From positions 9,043,483 through 9,107,482 of the forward strand of contig CM082582.2 of NCBI GenBank assembly GCA_040954595.2: 64,000 nucleotides of DNA, written 5' to 3'. The DNA is from Balanoglossus misakiensis. Taxonomy: Eukaryota > Animalia > Hemichordata. The notes under the pieces were generated by a model. That model had not been told where the DNA came from. It saw only the letters and a list, made by a program, of their open reading frames with translations, and did not search any database. Made by a program: the position numbers and the translations under genes. Shown here one piece after another: positions 38,601 through 49,300 of the stretch. Every line of letters starts with the position of its first letter. The first letter of the stretch is position 1.

Positions 38601-39891
38601 TGGTGGCGAAGAGTTCTTCGATCACCGGGTACGAGCACCCTTCCTCCCCGGCGTGCCTCCAGGCGTGGGCCTTCAACGTGCACAGTTTCTCGCAAACGTA
38701 GCCGCACAGCAGGCACTTGAACAGCGAAGGTGTCTGCTGGACCGGCCGTGGCTGCGAGACGTGTCCGAGACTCTGAGGCGAGGCGGTGGAGCCGGTAGGA
38801 AGCGCCTGAGTTTCACTGTTTGGCGGGCCAGGCGAGGTCTTCTCGGCGGACTGGCCCTCCTTCTGCAGCTGAACAACACCCTGGGGGGCAATCTTATCGA
38901 TGTGCTTCCACATGTGATCGCGCAGGATCTCCTCGCACTTGCACGAGTACCCGCACTCCGAGCACTTGAGGACCAGCTCCTGCGTCTGGTTGTGGGTCTT
39001 CAGGTGCACCTGCAGAACAGCCAGCTCCATGGTGACAAACTCGCACTGGTTACACTTGTACTTGCGGCTGACCTCGTGGCTGCGCTGGTGCCTGGTCATC
39101 AGGTTCTTCATAGTCGTAGCGTAGTCGCACAGGGCACACTTGTACACGTCGTCGGGATGCGTGCGCAAATGTGCATAGAACATGCTTTTCTCGGGAGTCA
39201 CAAACTCGCACAAATTACACTTGTATTCTTTTAACTCCGGCTCCGGCATCAGATACATATCATCTCCCGAACTGCCACCCCTGAGCGCTCTGTTCTCACA
39301 GCATGGGCACTTGGGTAATGTGTTCCCCAACAGCTTAGCTGGATCCACAGCAAACAGACACGGGCACTCGGGACACTTGTACAGATTCTGCAGCTCTGCT
39401 TGTTGCTTGGGTCGCTGTTTGGACTTTGAAGACCCGCCACTTTGGCAGAGGTGAGTGACCTTAGACTTGGATTTGGACGAGGAGGAGATGACCGTCTCTC
39501 CCTGCTGCTGCTTGTTGCCGTTCACTATCTCCGTGAGTTTCTGTATCACGATGGACAGCGCCTCGTCCTTATTGCACAGCCTTGCAGGATTCAGGCCGTC
39601 CGCAGAATCGTTACTCGCTTCCTGATCTTGGACTGTGTGCGCTTGTTCCTGGTGCCCGTCCGTCTGCTCCCCTTCGCCCGAACCATCACCGGGCGGCTGC
39701 AACGCTATTCGCAGGCATCCCTGAGCAACGTGGGTCGGTGGATTGTGATGTGAAATTCCAACTGGCAAGACACCGGGCTCTTGTTCGTCTCGGTCAGCTG
39801 CTCTCGGACTTCTTCCCGCCAGACTGGCAGTGCCCACCTGGTGAAGATCAATGCTTTCTACAGCTTCCACCACCACTCGTGAATTTGCCAT
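35602..39891 (-). CDS. ZNF507: Zinc finger protein 507-like, single coding exon (~1429 aa); putative 5' non-coding exons near 40212-40274 and ending at 41163
   Basis: Multiple C2H2 fingers plus ZNF507-type motifs [57 protein letters not shown]. Acceptor at 39989 and first ATG at 39891. Confidence 0.85.
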   Translation of the reverse strand: [1429 protein letters not shown]

Positions 39892-41162
39892 TTTCTGGCC
39901 GTACGGTCTTGCTTGTCGAGTATTGTCACTGATTATTTTTCCCCGGGGTGTTGTCAAAAATGATCATATCGAGGCAACTGTATCCTCCCTGCGGAAGTGA
40001 AACGAGAAAAGCGAGTTAACAGACATGCTGTAAAAAGGACAATTTTTGAGCAGAAACAGAGAAACTTAAAGATTAAAACTTTTTGTTTTCACTGCTTTGA
40101 GCTATGCATTTAAACAATGTATATAAAAATGTATTTGATTAACACAGCAAGTTTCCAAAGTAAACTGAAATTCCTTGTGGTAAAGTTAAAGAAGAGTATA
40201 TGCACACTTACTTGGAATGGGTTATTTCAGTGCTTTGGAAACCAATATTAGCTCTCATCAGAAGTTCATAAAACCTGCAAAACACAATGACAAAAAAGTG
40301 TTTATTATTATTTGGTTGATTATTGTAACATAGTTCCAGTGAGTTAAGTGTAATAAAATCTAGCAATTGTGAAATGTTTGAACCTACAATATTGGGAAAG
40401 CAGTTCACTTTGTTATGCAAATTACACCTGGTAATGCATTTCTCAGTTTTGGAGGCCAATGAATTTGACTGTTTACAAAATAAAATGTGTGCCACATGAC
40501 GGCATTCGTCAATCATGTTTATCACGTTGCGCCACTGGTTTTGATCTCGCAATGTTTTTGATCATATTTTGACATTGATTTACACTTGGAGCCATGGAGA
40601 TGCATGATGCTTCCAGACTGCACCAGATGTTTGATTGACTGTCACAACTGACAAGACTGGCGAGTTTGTTAAAATGATGCTTTAATGTGCACGCTGATTT
40701 CACTACCAATATATTGCGGTGTGATCCTATAGTACACTTTTGCTCCGCGACTAATTAAATGATTACGTTTTCGTACACTCAATATGGTACCTGCTACCAC
40801 CAGCTGTTGTATTTACCCATAGACAGCAGTCTATGATTTCCCTAACAACAGATGCCCTCGGTAACTAAACTGGGGATTTCAGTGCTAACACAAGAATCTA
40901 TCGGTTTTAACTTGTTCAAATTCACATAAATACGGCACTGGATCTTGTGAATATAGATTTGTTGGTACTGACCGCTCGCCTAGCAATAATACTACGCCTT
41001 GCCTACGTGTTGATTACATGATGACTGACAGCGGCATTTTGAGTAGTCCACAATCGACAGTTTCGTTTTTCGAGATTCACTGAGTAATATACAATGGACA
41101 TAACATCAAATTTATAGAAACGGGAGGCTTCATAAAACGGAACATGCGATTTATAAACTCAC

Positions 41163-41376
41163 CCGAATTTCTCTTCAAAATTTCGAAGTTTCAACCAAAA
41201 TTTGCTGCAAATTCCAGAAATGCCGTTTGCTGACTCCAAGATGGCGACCGTTTAATATCACGTGACTTTGGGTCGCGGGTCAGTTGAGGCGCACAAAGGT
41301 CATGTATTTGTGGCGCTTTGTTGATGTTATGCTGGGGAGCTGGATTGACGTCTCGGTCGTTTAGAAGGTACATGCA
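41163..41376. promoter_or_regulatory. Bidirectional ZNF507/ZNF407 promoter
   Basis: Opposing splice donors (GTGAGT on - at 41162, GTAGGT on + at 41377) flank a YY1-type CAAGATGGCG (~41237) and an E-box TCACGTGAC (~41258). Confidence 0.6.
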
Positions 41377-41602
41377 GGTAGGTTTGTCGCAAAAAGTGAA
41401 ATATAGTATCATTTTGGATGTTTGTTTACACCGTACAAGTTGTAATCATCGTTTGCCAGGCAAGGAGGCTGTGGTAATAGTAATCAAAATCATTGTGTTA
41501 TCGAAACCTTGACTGAGAATGTGCAAGCATGGTGCTATATTCTAGCTCAACTTGCCCTGATTTATTTCCTGGTGATATTTCCTCTACAGTGTAAAGAAAA
41601 CA

Positions 41603-44600
41603 ATGGATCTTCCCGACCTAGAGAAGGATCAAGATATTCATCTCTGCCTCAACTGTAAAAGCACTGTTGTTGGTCTGCTTGAGTACATCACTCATAAGAG
41701 AGACCTCTGTCCATTTAGAAAGGACCCTGAAAAAGTTAAGACCGAGAGGTGTACAGCATCGAACTCTGATGACAGTCAAACACATCAACTGAGAAAGAAA
41801 CGGCAACCGCACACCATTCAGCTGTACCCTCCCACCAGTCTGACAGGAAATATATTTGAGTCGAGCTCAGATGATGACAATGAAGAGGACTGTGATGATA
41901 ATGAGAGTGATTTCAAGGAAGACAGTGGTAGCCTGAATGATTGTACATGTAGTGATGGAAAAGTGGAAGATGCCTCAGTGAATTGCAGTTCAGAGAATGA
42001 AAAAATGAGGCTTGATGTCGTCCCCAAAGAAAATGATATTGCAGAGCCAGAGAAAGGGTATTTGGCTGAAACAGTTGCAATGGATACTGCAGTGAATTTA
42101 GATAGTCATGTTACTTCTGAGAACAGACAAAGTGAGGTCACAGTTGCTGGCCGCAAAAAGAGGGGAAGAAGGAAACGTCTTACAAGATGTGTGCAGCTTG
42201 CTGGCAGGAGAAAAACAGAACCTGGTCAAGCAGTTTTTGGTTCGGGAGAGGGTGTGAAACGAAGAGTTGGTCGGCCAAGAAAGGCCACTGCACCACCAAA
42301 CATAAACGACATGTGTGCCAAAGATATGAAACGAAGAGTTGGTCGACCAAGAAAGACCACTGCACCACCAAAAATAAACGACGTGTGTGCCAAAGATATG
42401 AAACGAAGAGTTGGTCGGCCAAGAAAGACCACTGCACCACCAAACATAAACGACGTGTGTGCCAAAGATATAAAACGAAGAGTTGGTCGGCCAAGAAAGA
42501 CCACTGCACCACTAAATATAAACGACGTGTGTGCCAAAGATATAAAACGAAGAGTTGGTCGGCCAAGAAAGAGCACTGCACCACCAAACATAAACGACGT
42601 GTGTGCCAAAGACCACAAAATATTACTTCCTGGAGATAGAGGATCCAAACACGAACAGGATGACCACACCATTGGCATCAGCGGGAAGGTGACGCCGAGA
42701 GATGAAAGTGATGAAACAGAGCCAGCTGTGGAAAAGAACGAGACATTTGCCTATATGGGAGCACTGGGGTTGCAGTCGTCAAGGTTAAATGTCAAGGGTC
42801 AAGGGCAAAATGCCGGCCAGAGGCTTGAGGAGGAGCCAGAAAAACCTGAACCCATGAAACTGAGGCCAAGGAGCTCCGTTCGTAAAAGCACTGTTGAGGA
42901 GGACTTTGATGAGTCGTCAGCTTCTGAGACAGATAGTGTTGAGTCTCTGAAAGGGAAAAGCGTACAATACGCACGTGATATTCAGTGCTATGAGTGTGAG
43001 TACAGTTCCCACAAAATGTCTGTCATGAAAAGGCATGTGCGAGAGGAGCATCCTGTTTCCAACTATTCAAAGTCGCAAATGTGCCTCAATCTTCGTGAAT
43101 TGGAGAAGTGTGACGTGTGCAAGGTTCACTTGTCCTTTCACCACATAAGCACACACTTGCAATCAATGAAACACCGCAGGAATGCCCTGCGGATAAGCGG
43201 TCGTGCCCCGGCAGAGGTATGCCAGAAGTGCAGCAAGGCATTCTACATAGCGGACGACCTTGAGAGCCACATGCGTGCCGCGCACACGGGAAAAGTTCTG
43301 AAATGCATGGTGTGCCAAATGGAGTTCCCCAGCCGCAATGAGCTGCAGAGGCACCGCAAGAAGGAACACACATTCTGGTACAACAGGGAGGACTCTGTGG
43401 GTGCCAAGGAGAAGAGTAAAAATCATTTCACCAAGATATTGCTGTCCGGCGGGCTGTGTCAGTACAAATGCAATGAATGTGGCAAAGTTCTGTGGAGCCA
43501 CCAGGGTCTGGCAGGCCACCTCAGCACACACAGCCGTGAGAGTCCCATCAAGTGTCCTTCATGCAGTCACACTTTCCGCAGGTTGGGGGACTACAACACG
43601 CACATTAAAAGTCACCTGGGCTTGAGTACAAAGCAGTGTCCACATTGTGAATACCGTGCAGTGAGGAGATCGACTCTACTGAGTCACATAGATTCAAAGC
43701 ATAATTCAGGCAGGAAAAAGAGATTTATCTGCGAGGTATGTGGTGTGCGATTCTATACTCGCAATCTGTTGAAAGTGCACCTTGTGACGCACACAAACCA
43801 TCGCCCGTTCAAATGCACCGTCAAGAACTGCATGCACGCCTTTCGGCACGCCGCAGAGTTGCGATATCACGTGATGACGCACACTGGCCAGAAGCCCTTT
43901 CTCTGTGACCACTGCGGCTATGCTGGAAAGACGAAGCACGCACTGACGAAGCACCAGCGAACGCACACAGGAGAAAAACCCTTCAAATGTGACTTCCTCG
44001 GCTGCTCTTACGCAAGTGCAACCTGCTCTCATCTCAAAAGACACAAACGTGCACATGTCGGGGCCAAACCTTACAAGTGTCCATACTGTGACCACAGGAC
44101 AGCTTGTATTGAAAACATGCGCAAGCACATCATTAAAACCAAGAGACATGAGGGAAAGAACCTGCTTGTGTGCCCCTTCTGTGAGACCTTCTCAACGAAT
44201 AATAGTAAGGAATTCCGAAAGCATGTGCACTTCGAGCACCGACCGGTTCACCCCACTGAGATAATGTCTGTACTAGCCGGTGTGTACAAACCTGAGGGTG
44301 TCAGCCGTGTGGCCCGTACTGCAGTAGTACCGCCAAACAGTGAAAATGCACTGTCTGAGAACTGTGTTTCTGAACCGTTGAACCACCAGGTGTTCAGCAA
44401 TTCCACTGTGTCAGAGCCAGCCAGTAAGGAAGACACTGGCAGCCTGACAGAGATAGTCTTTGTTCCGCCCTCTATGACTGCTCAGGCGAGCACAGCCCAA
44501 GAGAGTGAGAAGCAGTGTGAGGTGACCGAATTCTCATCTGTGTACCGAATTGTGGAAGTTGAAACTGAGAATGACACCCAGCAACACCAGCAGGACCCTG

Positions 44601-45097
44601 TTGGCCATTCCGACAGTCACTATGAGGAGAGTGAATTCGGAGGACACGCTGACCCCAGCCGGCAAATGATATTACCGGCGACTCACGACGAACCTTGTAA
44701 CACCGAGTCTCCACCCAGACAGCAGCAAACGGCATTCTTGGAACTCATGGAGCTGACCAGCTCCACCCCGAAAGCCAGGCCTGAGAAGTCAAAGACTCCT
44801 CAGTGCGAAGTGAACGTCGAGGTGGACACTCCGAACGTGCCTCTACACTCCAGCACCCACTCAGGCGATCCATCCACTACAGTGCAGACCGAAACCGACA
44901 CTCTGTCAATGATACAGGAATTCCAGGCCGGTGTGCCGCCAATTGTACACACCATGGAACAGCCACCCACTGTCTACCGCAACGAACTAATCCCCCAACA
45001 TGCCCAGTACTCTCGGACTGAGCCCCAAGTTTCAGAAGTTGAGGGATTGCTAAATTTGTCTGCATTTATGCAAGCAGCAAGTCACTCTGCTGAATAA
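41603..45097 (+). CDS. ZNF407: Zinc finger protein 407-like, single coding exon, with AT-hook repeat array
   Basis: C-terminal finger run FLCDHCGYAGKTKHALTKHQR..SHLKRHKR..CIENMRKHIIKTKRHEG..EFRKH matches my recollection of the ZNF407 signature. Acceptor CAG at 41587-41589. Confidence 0.8.
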   Translation: MDLPDLEKDQDIHLCLNCKSTVVGLLEYITHKRDLCPFRKDPEKVKTERCTASNSDDSQTHQLRKKRQPHTIQLYPPTSLTGNIFESSSDDDNEEDCDDNESDFKEDSGSLNDCTCSDGKVEDASVNCSSENEKMRLDVVPKENDIAEPEKGYLAETVAMDTAVNLDSHVTSENRQSEVTVAGRKKRGRRKRLTRCVQLAGRRKTEPGQAVFGSGEGVKRRVGRPRKATAPPNINDMCAKDMKRRVGRPRKTTAPPKINDVCAKDMKRRVGRPRKTTAPPNINDVCAKDIKRRVGRPRKTTAPLNINDVCAKDIKRRVGRPRKSTAPPNINDVCAKDHKILLPGDRGSKHEQDDHTIGISGKVTPRDESDETEPAVEKNETFAYMGALGLQSSRLNVKGQGQNAGQRLEEEPEKPEPMKLRPRSSVRKSTVEEDFDESSASETDSVESLKGKSVQYARDIQCYECEYSSHKMSVMKRHVREEHPVSNYSKSQMCLNLRELEKCDVCKVHLSFHHISTHLQSMKHRRNALRISGRAPAEVCQKCSKAFYIADDLESHMRAAHTGKVLKCMVCQMEFPSRNELQRHRKKEHTFWYNREDSVGAKEKSKNHFTKILLSGGLCQYKCNECGKVLWSHQGLAGHLSTHSRESPIKCPSCSHTFRRLGDYNTHIKSHLGLSTKQCPHCEYRAVRRSTLLSHIDSKHNSGRKKRFICEVCGVRFYTRNLLKVHLVTHTNHRPFKCTVKNCMHAFRHAAELRYHVMTHTGQKPFLCDHCGYAGKTKHALTKHQRTHTGEKPFKCDFLGCSYASATCSHLKRHKRAHVGAKPYKCPYCDHRTACIENMRKHIIKTKRHEGKNLLVCPFCETFSTNNSKEFRKHVHFEHRPVHPTEIMSVLAGVYKPEGVSRVARTAVVPPNSENALSENCVSEPLNHQVFSNSTVSEPASKEDTGSLTEIVFVPPSMTAQASTAQESEKQCEVTEFSSVYRIVEVETENDTQQHQQDPVGHSDSHYEESEFGGHADPSRQMILPATHDEPCNTESPPRQQQTAFLELMELTSSTPKARPEKSKTPQCEVNVEVDTPNVPLHSSTHSGDPSTTVQTETDTLSMIQEFQAGVPPIVHTMEQPPTVYRNELIPQHAQYSRTEPQVSEVEGLLNLSAFMQAASHSAE
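42257..42612 (+). repeat. Coding minisatellite, 5 x 72 bp, encoding KRRVGRPRKTTAPPNINDVCAKD(M/I) AT-hook units
   Basis: Unit starts at 42257, 42329, 42401, 42473 and 42545; units differ by only a few nucleotides. Confidence 0.95.
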
Positions 45098-45300
45098 TAG
45101 TAGCTGTGCAAAAATTTATGATGACTTTCCATAGAAACAAAAGGGTATATTCTTGAGACCCACAGTAAAACTTTTAGTCTTTAAATCATTGCTTCAATAC
45201 CAGCGTAAAACTCTTTTCTGACATGTTGACTTGTTCTGATGATAAATACAGGCACCAGTGCATATATCAATATATTTTCCTTGTGTCTTTTGTTTGTATA

Positions 45301-45373
45301 TATGTGTGTGTGTGTATGGATGGATGGATGGATGGACAGACAGACAGACAGACAGACGGACGGACAGACAGAC

Positions 45374-45426
<53 letters not shown>
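45301..45426. repeat. Compound microsatellite (TG)n(GGAT)n(GACA)n(GATA)n
   Basis: Read directly. Confidence 0.95.
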
Positions 45427-45427
<1 letters not shown>

Positions 45428-46048
45428 AAAGCACAGTGAAGGTCATTGATGTCAAAGAGGGTACCAACTCCAACGCGACAAACATAAAATTTATTTATAA
45501 AAGCAATTTGTGGACCGTTCAGACAATTAAATACATGTATATCGCGTTTGGTGTTGCGGGTTCAGTCTATTCGTTGTGTCACGATTTCTCTCTTCAAAGA
45601 CTGCCGACTGGATGACATTAAAGTGATTTACGAGAGTTGCGCGGACACGCCTAGCAACCGAACGAATGTTTATTGCATTGCTGTTTTGTTCTGGCTTTAC
45701 AGCCCGTCACCGTCACGGTGAAAACTTTAAAAGTTTGAAAAGTTTAGCAATGGCGATTTTGGCCAGTTTATCGGTATAAAGTGGGCACGGGGTCCGGGGG
45801 AGTGTCCGCGTTGACTTAAAAACTTGCCGACGTGCGGCATGCGACTCCTTTGTCATCTTTACTGTGTTGTTACGCATTTTTATTGTTATCCTGGCCTTGA
45901 AAATGAAAAACCCGCCTTCTTTTTTTTTATTCATGTGGCCGTTTTATGAGCGAGAGTTTAGGCCTAAGATTTTAGTCCAGATCTGCAAGTCTCGTGTTGT
46001 TGGTGGCAGCAAATTCTGTGTAAATTGGGACAATTAGTTGACGGAGAT

Positions 46049-46055
46049 TATAAAA
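46049..46055 (+). promoter_or_regulatory. Putative TATA box of teashirt
   Basis: TATAAAA about 290 nt upstream of the tsh ATG, downstream of a CpG-rich stretch (45600-46000). Confidence 0.45.
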
Positions 46056-46338
46056 GGTCTGTAGTCGACATTTGTTTTGTCAGAACAAAAAAGTTCACAC
46101 TGCAAACGTAAAACTTTCTCTGTCATAAAGGTTGTTCGCGAACACCTTGATTCCACGCCCTCAGCGACAAAGGAAGTGTTTTGTTACTTCCTGTCCCATG
46201 ATTCGTGTGACCGCCATGGCATAATGGTTGTGCCGAAGACCAGACGGTCAACTATAAGCATTTTGGAGCGGTTAATGTGATGAATAGAAGAGGGATATCG
46301 TGATTTCATCTCCTATACCTATGGGCTAATGAGTGACA

Positions 46339-49300
46339 ATGCCTAGACGGAAGCAACAAGCCCCGAAACGACTAAAAAGTAAGTAGTCTTTGCCGAAGCA
46401 TGACTCGACTCGGGTCAGTCAACACAACACATCTTTCGTTGTGTTCACTGGTTCTGTCGATGAACTTGTTCCCCCGTAAAGACCATACGGTGGATTCAGG
46501 TGTGTACCGTCCGTATCAGTTGGGAAATATCCCAATGTGTGAAACACATGGTCATCATCTCGAGAGGTCTGGTGTTGAAACATACATTTTATGTCCTTTC
46601 TTGTTTTAAGTACATTTCTGTTTTTGTCGTGTGCGTGGGAAAACCCGACGTCTCTCAGTACAGTCTTCGGCCGGGGATAATCTGATAGCTGGTGTTAGAT
46701 AATAACAATTCGATGTGCTTTAATTTCATTGTAAACGTATGAAAAATATAAAACACCATTGTTTTCAACATTCTCCAAAACAGGCACATAAAAAACGCCT
46801 CGTTTTATTTGTTACGATAGCCTTCGATCGACCGCGGCATCTTTTGAAGTAATAGACGCGGAAGTGCATGTAAACAGTGCGTTATGGTTGGGGGCGTCGT
46901 TGTCAACTTGATCATGAACTTCCCATGTGGGGAGAGACCTCAAATAGGCTGGGAAAAAGTGGGGTAAAATTCTCCTTTGTCTGACGCAGTTGAAACGGGG
47001 TGGAATTTTCCAGGGGCCGTCAGTCAGACATCTGTCTGTAAAACAAATGACGTCGTTTGCGAGCTGTCACATCATGTTCCTGATAGATTGATGTACTGAA
47101 GTACGTTTGATTGATGTGCGTTGACTAAGCACGCATTTATGGATGCAAAGCCCGCCACTTTGACAAATGGTGTGCTCGTTAAATGTGACAGTTTCATGCG
47201 CTCACCTATCATTTGAACAGCCGCATTCAGGAGTTTTTTCAAATAGCAACCCACATTTCACTCTCCCCGATTTTCTTTTCTTCTTAAATAATAAAACACT
47301 GCTCTGCGAGATTTTACGTGATGTGTCAAGTCGATCTGTATGCTCTGGGGGTGATGGTGCGGTGCATTCGTCATTCATCCAGCATTATTTGATTGTCGAC
47401 TATTTATGATGACCCCTCTGCCCCCAATATAGACAGGGAATCTATATCTCCGAAGTTTACCTCATTTGGGCATATTAGATTTGAAACACAGTTTGGGGGG
47501 CTGTGACCCCCAACGTTGGGTCCCTCACTCCCTCATTAACTTGGTCTAAATGAAAGATATGTTGGCCTGTGTTCAATTACTAGTTGTCTGCCAGCATCTC
47601 TTAGTGTTACTTATAAAGTTGAGTGATTTATCATTACAATTCAGTGTCCCTTGACATAGCTGGGGAGAGGATAATAAATGGTTGCTTCAGACTCAATAGG
47701 AAAATATGGCCTTTCACTTAGAGTTGAGTTGAAAAGATTATGGGACTTGTATTAACATAGGAGTGTTTACTAATGTTTTCTGTCTGTGATTCAAGAGCAT
47801 GAGCCATATGGATCTGTCCTAGAAGGGCATTCCGGGTCACTGTACCCATCTGCTGGGATTTTGACGGCAGCCAGCATCTTAAAAGTACGTTTCAAGGTTT
47901 CTTGGAACAGACGTATTGTTTTTTCTCTCTGGGAAGCTCCACCCACCGTATTATCAGACTGGGTTGCCAGTAATCAGGGTTGCTGTACTTCAAATGAATA
48001 TAATCGTTTGAAGTACATGCCTGCCAGCACCCAATCCCTGTCCTTGTACGCACCGCCCAGTCGAGGATTTATTAAATCCGGGAGAATGCTATGGAGTGAC
48101 AGGCCTGTTTGAAAAAAAGCGTTCCTTTTATGGCATGAAACCAGTTATCAGAGTTTGTGTGTGTTGTGTGTGTGATTCCTATCAGTATAGTAAATGTGTG
48201 CATTTCAAGAGAGGATGATGGATCAGTTGGTAATTAGGAAAATGACATGCTAGCCACAGCTTGGAAAGTTTAATAACCGAAAACCATCTGTCTTTACCAT
48301 GTTTTTTTTTTTTTTCTTTTAATAATGTCTGTCTGTCCCTCCCCGGTATTGCCTGGAGCAATTTACTATACCACCAGACACTCTATGCCAATCACTCTCT
48401 CAGTCGCATGGCTTGTCAGTCATTTGGTCTCGTTCCCAGTCAAAATGCCCACTGCGTGAATCGAGTTCATGAAAACTAGACATCTGTGTGTGTGCTGCTT
48501 TTCCAAGCCGTCTGACAAGTCGCTGACAATTTTACAATATGAATAGGTCCGCGCTGTCAATCAAATTAAGTCCTGTCAATCACACATGCTTGTGGTCGTG
48601 ATGAAAGCCGCTCTGCATCACAGAAAAAAAAGCTGTTCACTGTTTTGAATATTTACTTAATTTCATCATTATTTAACGAGTCCAACGCTTTATAAATTTA
48701 CCTGTCAAGTTGAGATACATCTAGCTTGGTTAGCAACAAGAGGTACGGTTTATACTGTCATTCAAGGCATTTGTGATTAGAAAGTAACTAGTTGTCTTTG
48801 CCTCCACAGGCTAAGAATGGGTGAATTATGGGTCAAGCACTCAATTTAGCCCAATGATCTTATGACTGTAATAATGCAAAGCATTTACGAATCAATAGAA
48901 ATGCACATAGCAATATCTAGAAAGGCCAAAATATTAACCTTCAGATAGTTTACAATTAATTTATAAAATGTGCTTAATATAATTGTTTAATATTTTTGAA
49001 TGTTTGCAGTGCTCTGTCTAGTATTTCGGAGTATTTACAATGCTCATTGTAAATAGGACACACCCACAGAATTTTTAAAGTTATTTTTACAAATTTATAA
49101 TAGGAATATGAAATTGAAAATTGATGGCTGTGAGTGATCGTCGTGGCAATACAGTATAAAAGAGGCAGGTACAAGTGACTGATTTTGTTACACGCGAGGT
49201 TATTGAGGGCCGCTTCTTTGTAGAAGTGTCAGCCAGGAAAATATTGCTGATCAGCGTGGCGGTCTGTGTCTCTAAAACCACTTATATGTCAGTTTGTAGG

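Noticed and set aside
35533-39234. Long + strand ORFs (221, 280 and 316 aa)
   Set aside because: Antisense shadows of GC3-rich ZNF507 codons with no recognisable domains.
40212-40274. CUGAUGAG-stem hammerhead-like motif on the - strand
   Set aside because: CAAA in place of the invariant GAAA. The segment is bounded by AG and GTAAGT and fits a ZNF507 5' UTR exon.
42257-42612. CRISPR-like array
   Set aside because: No unique spacers; it is an in-frame coding tandem repeat in a eukaryotic gene.
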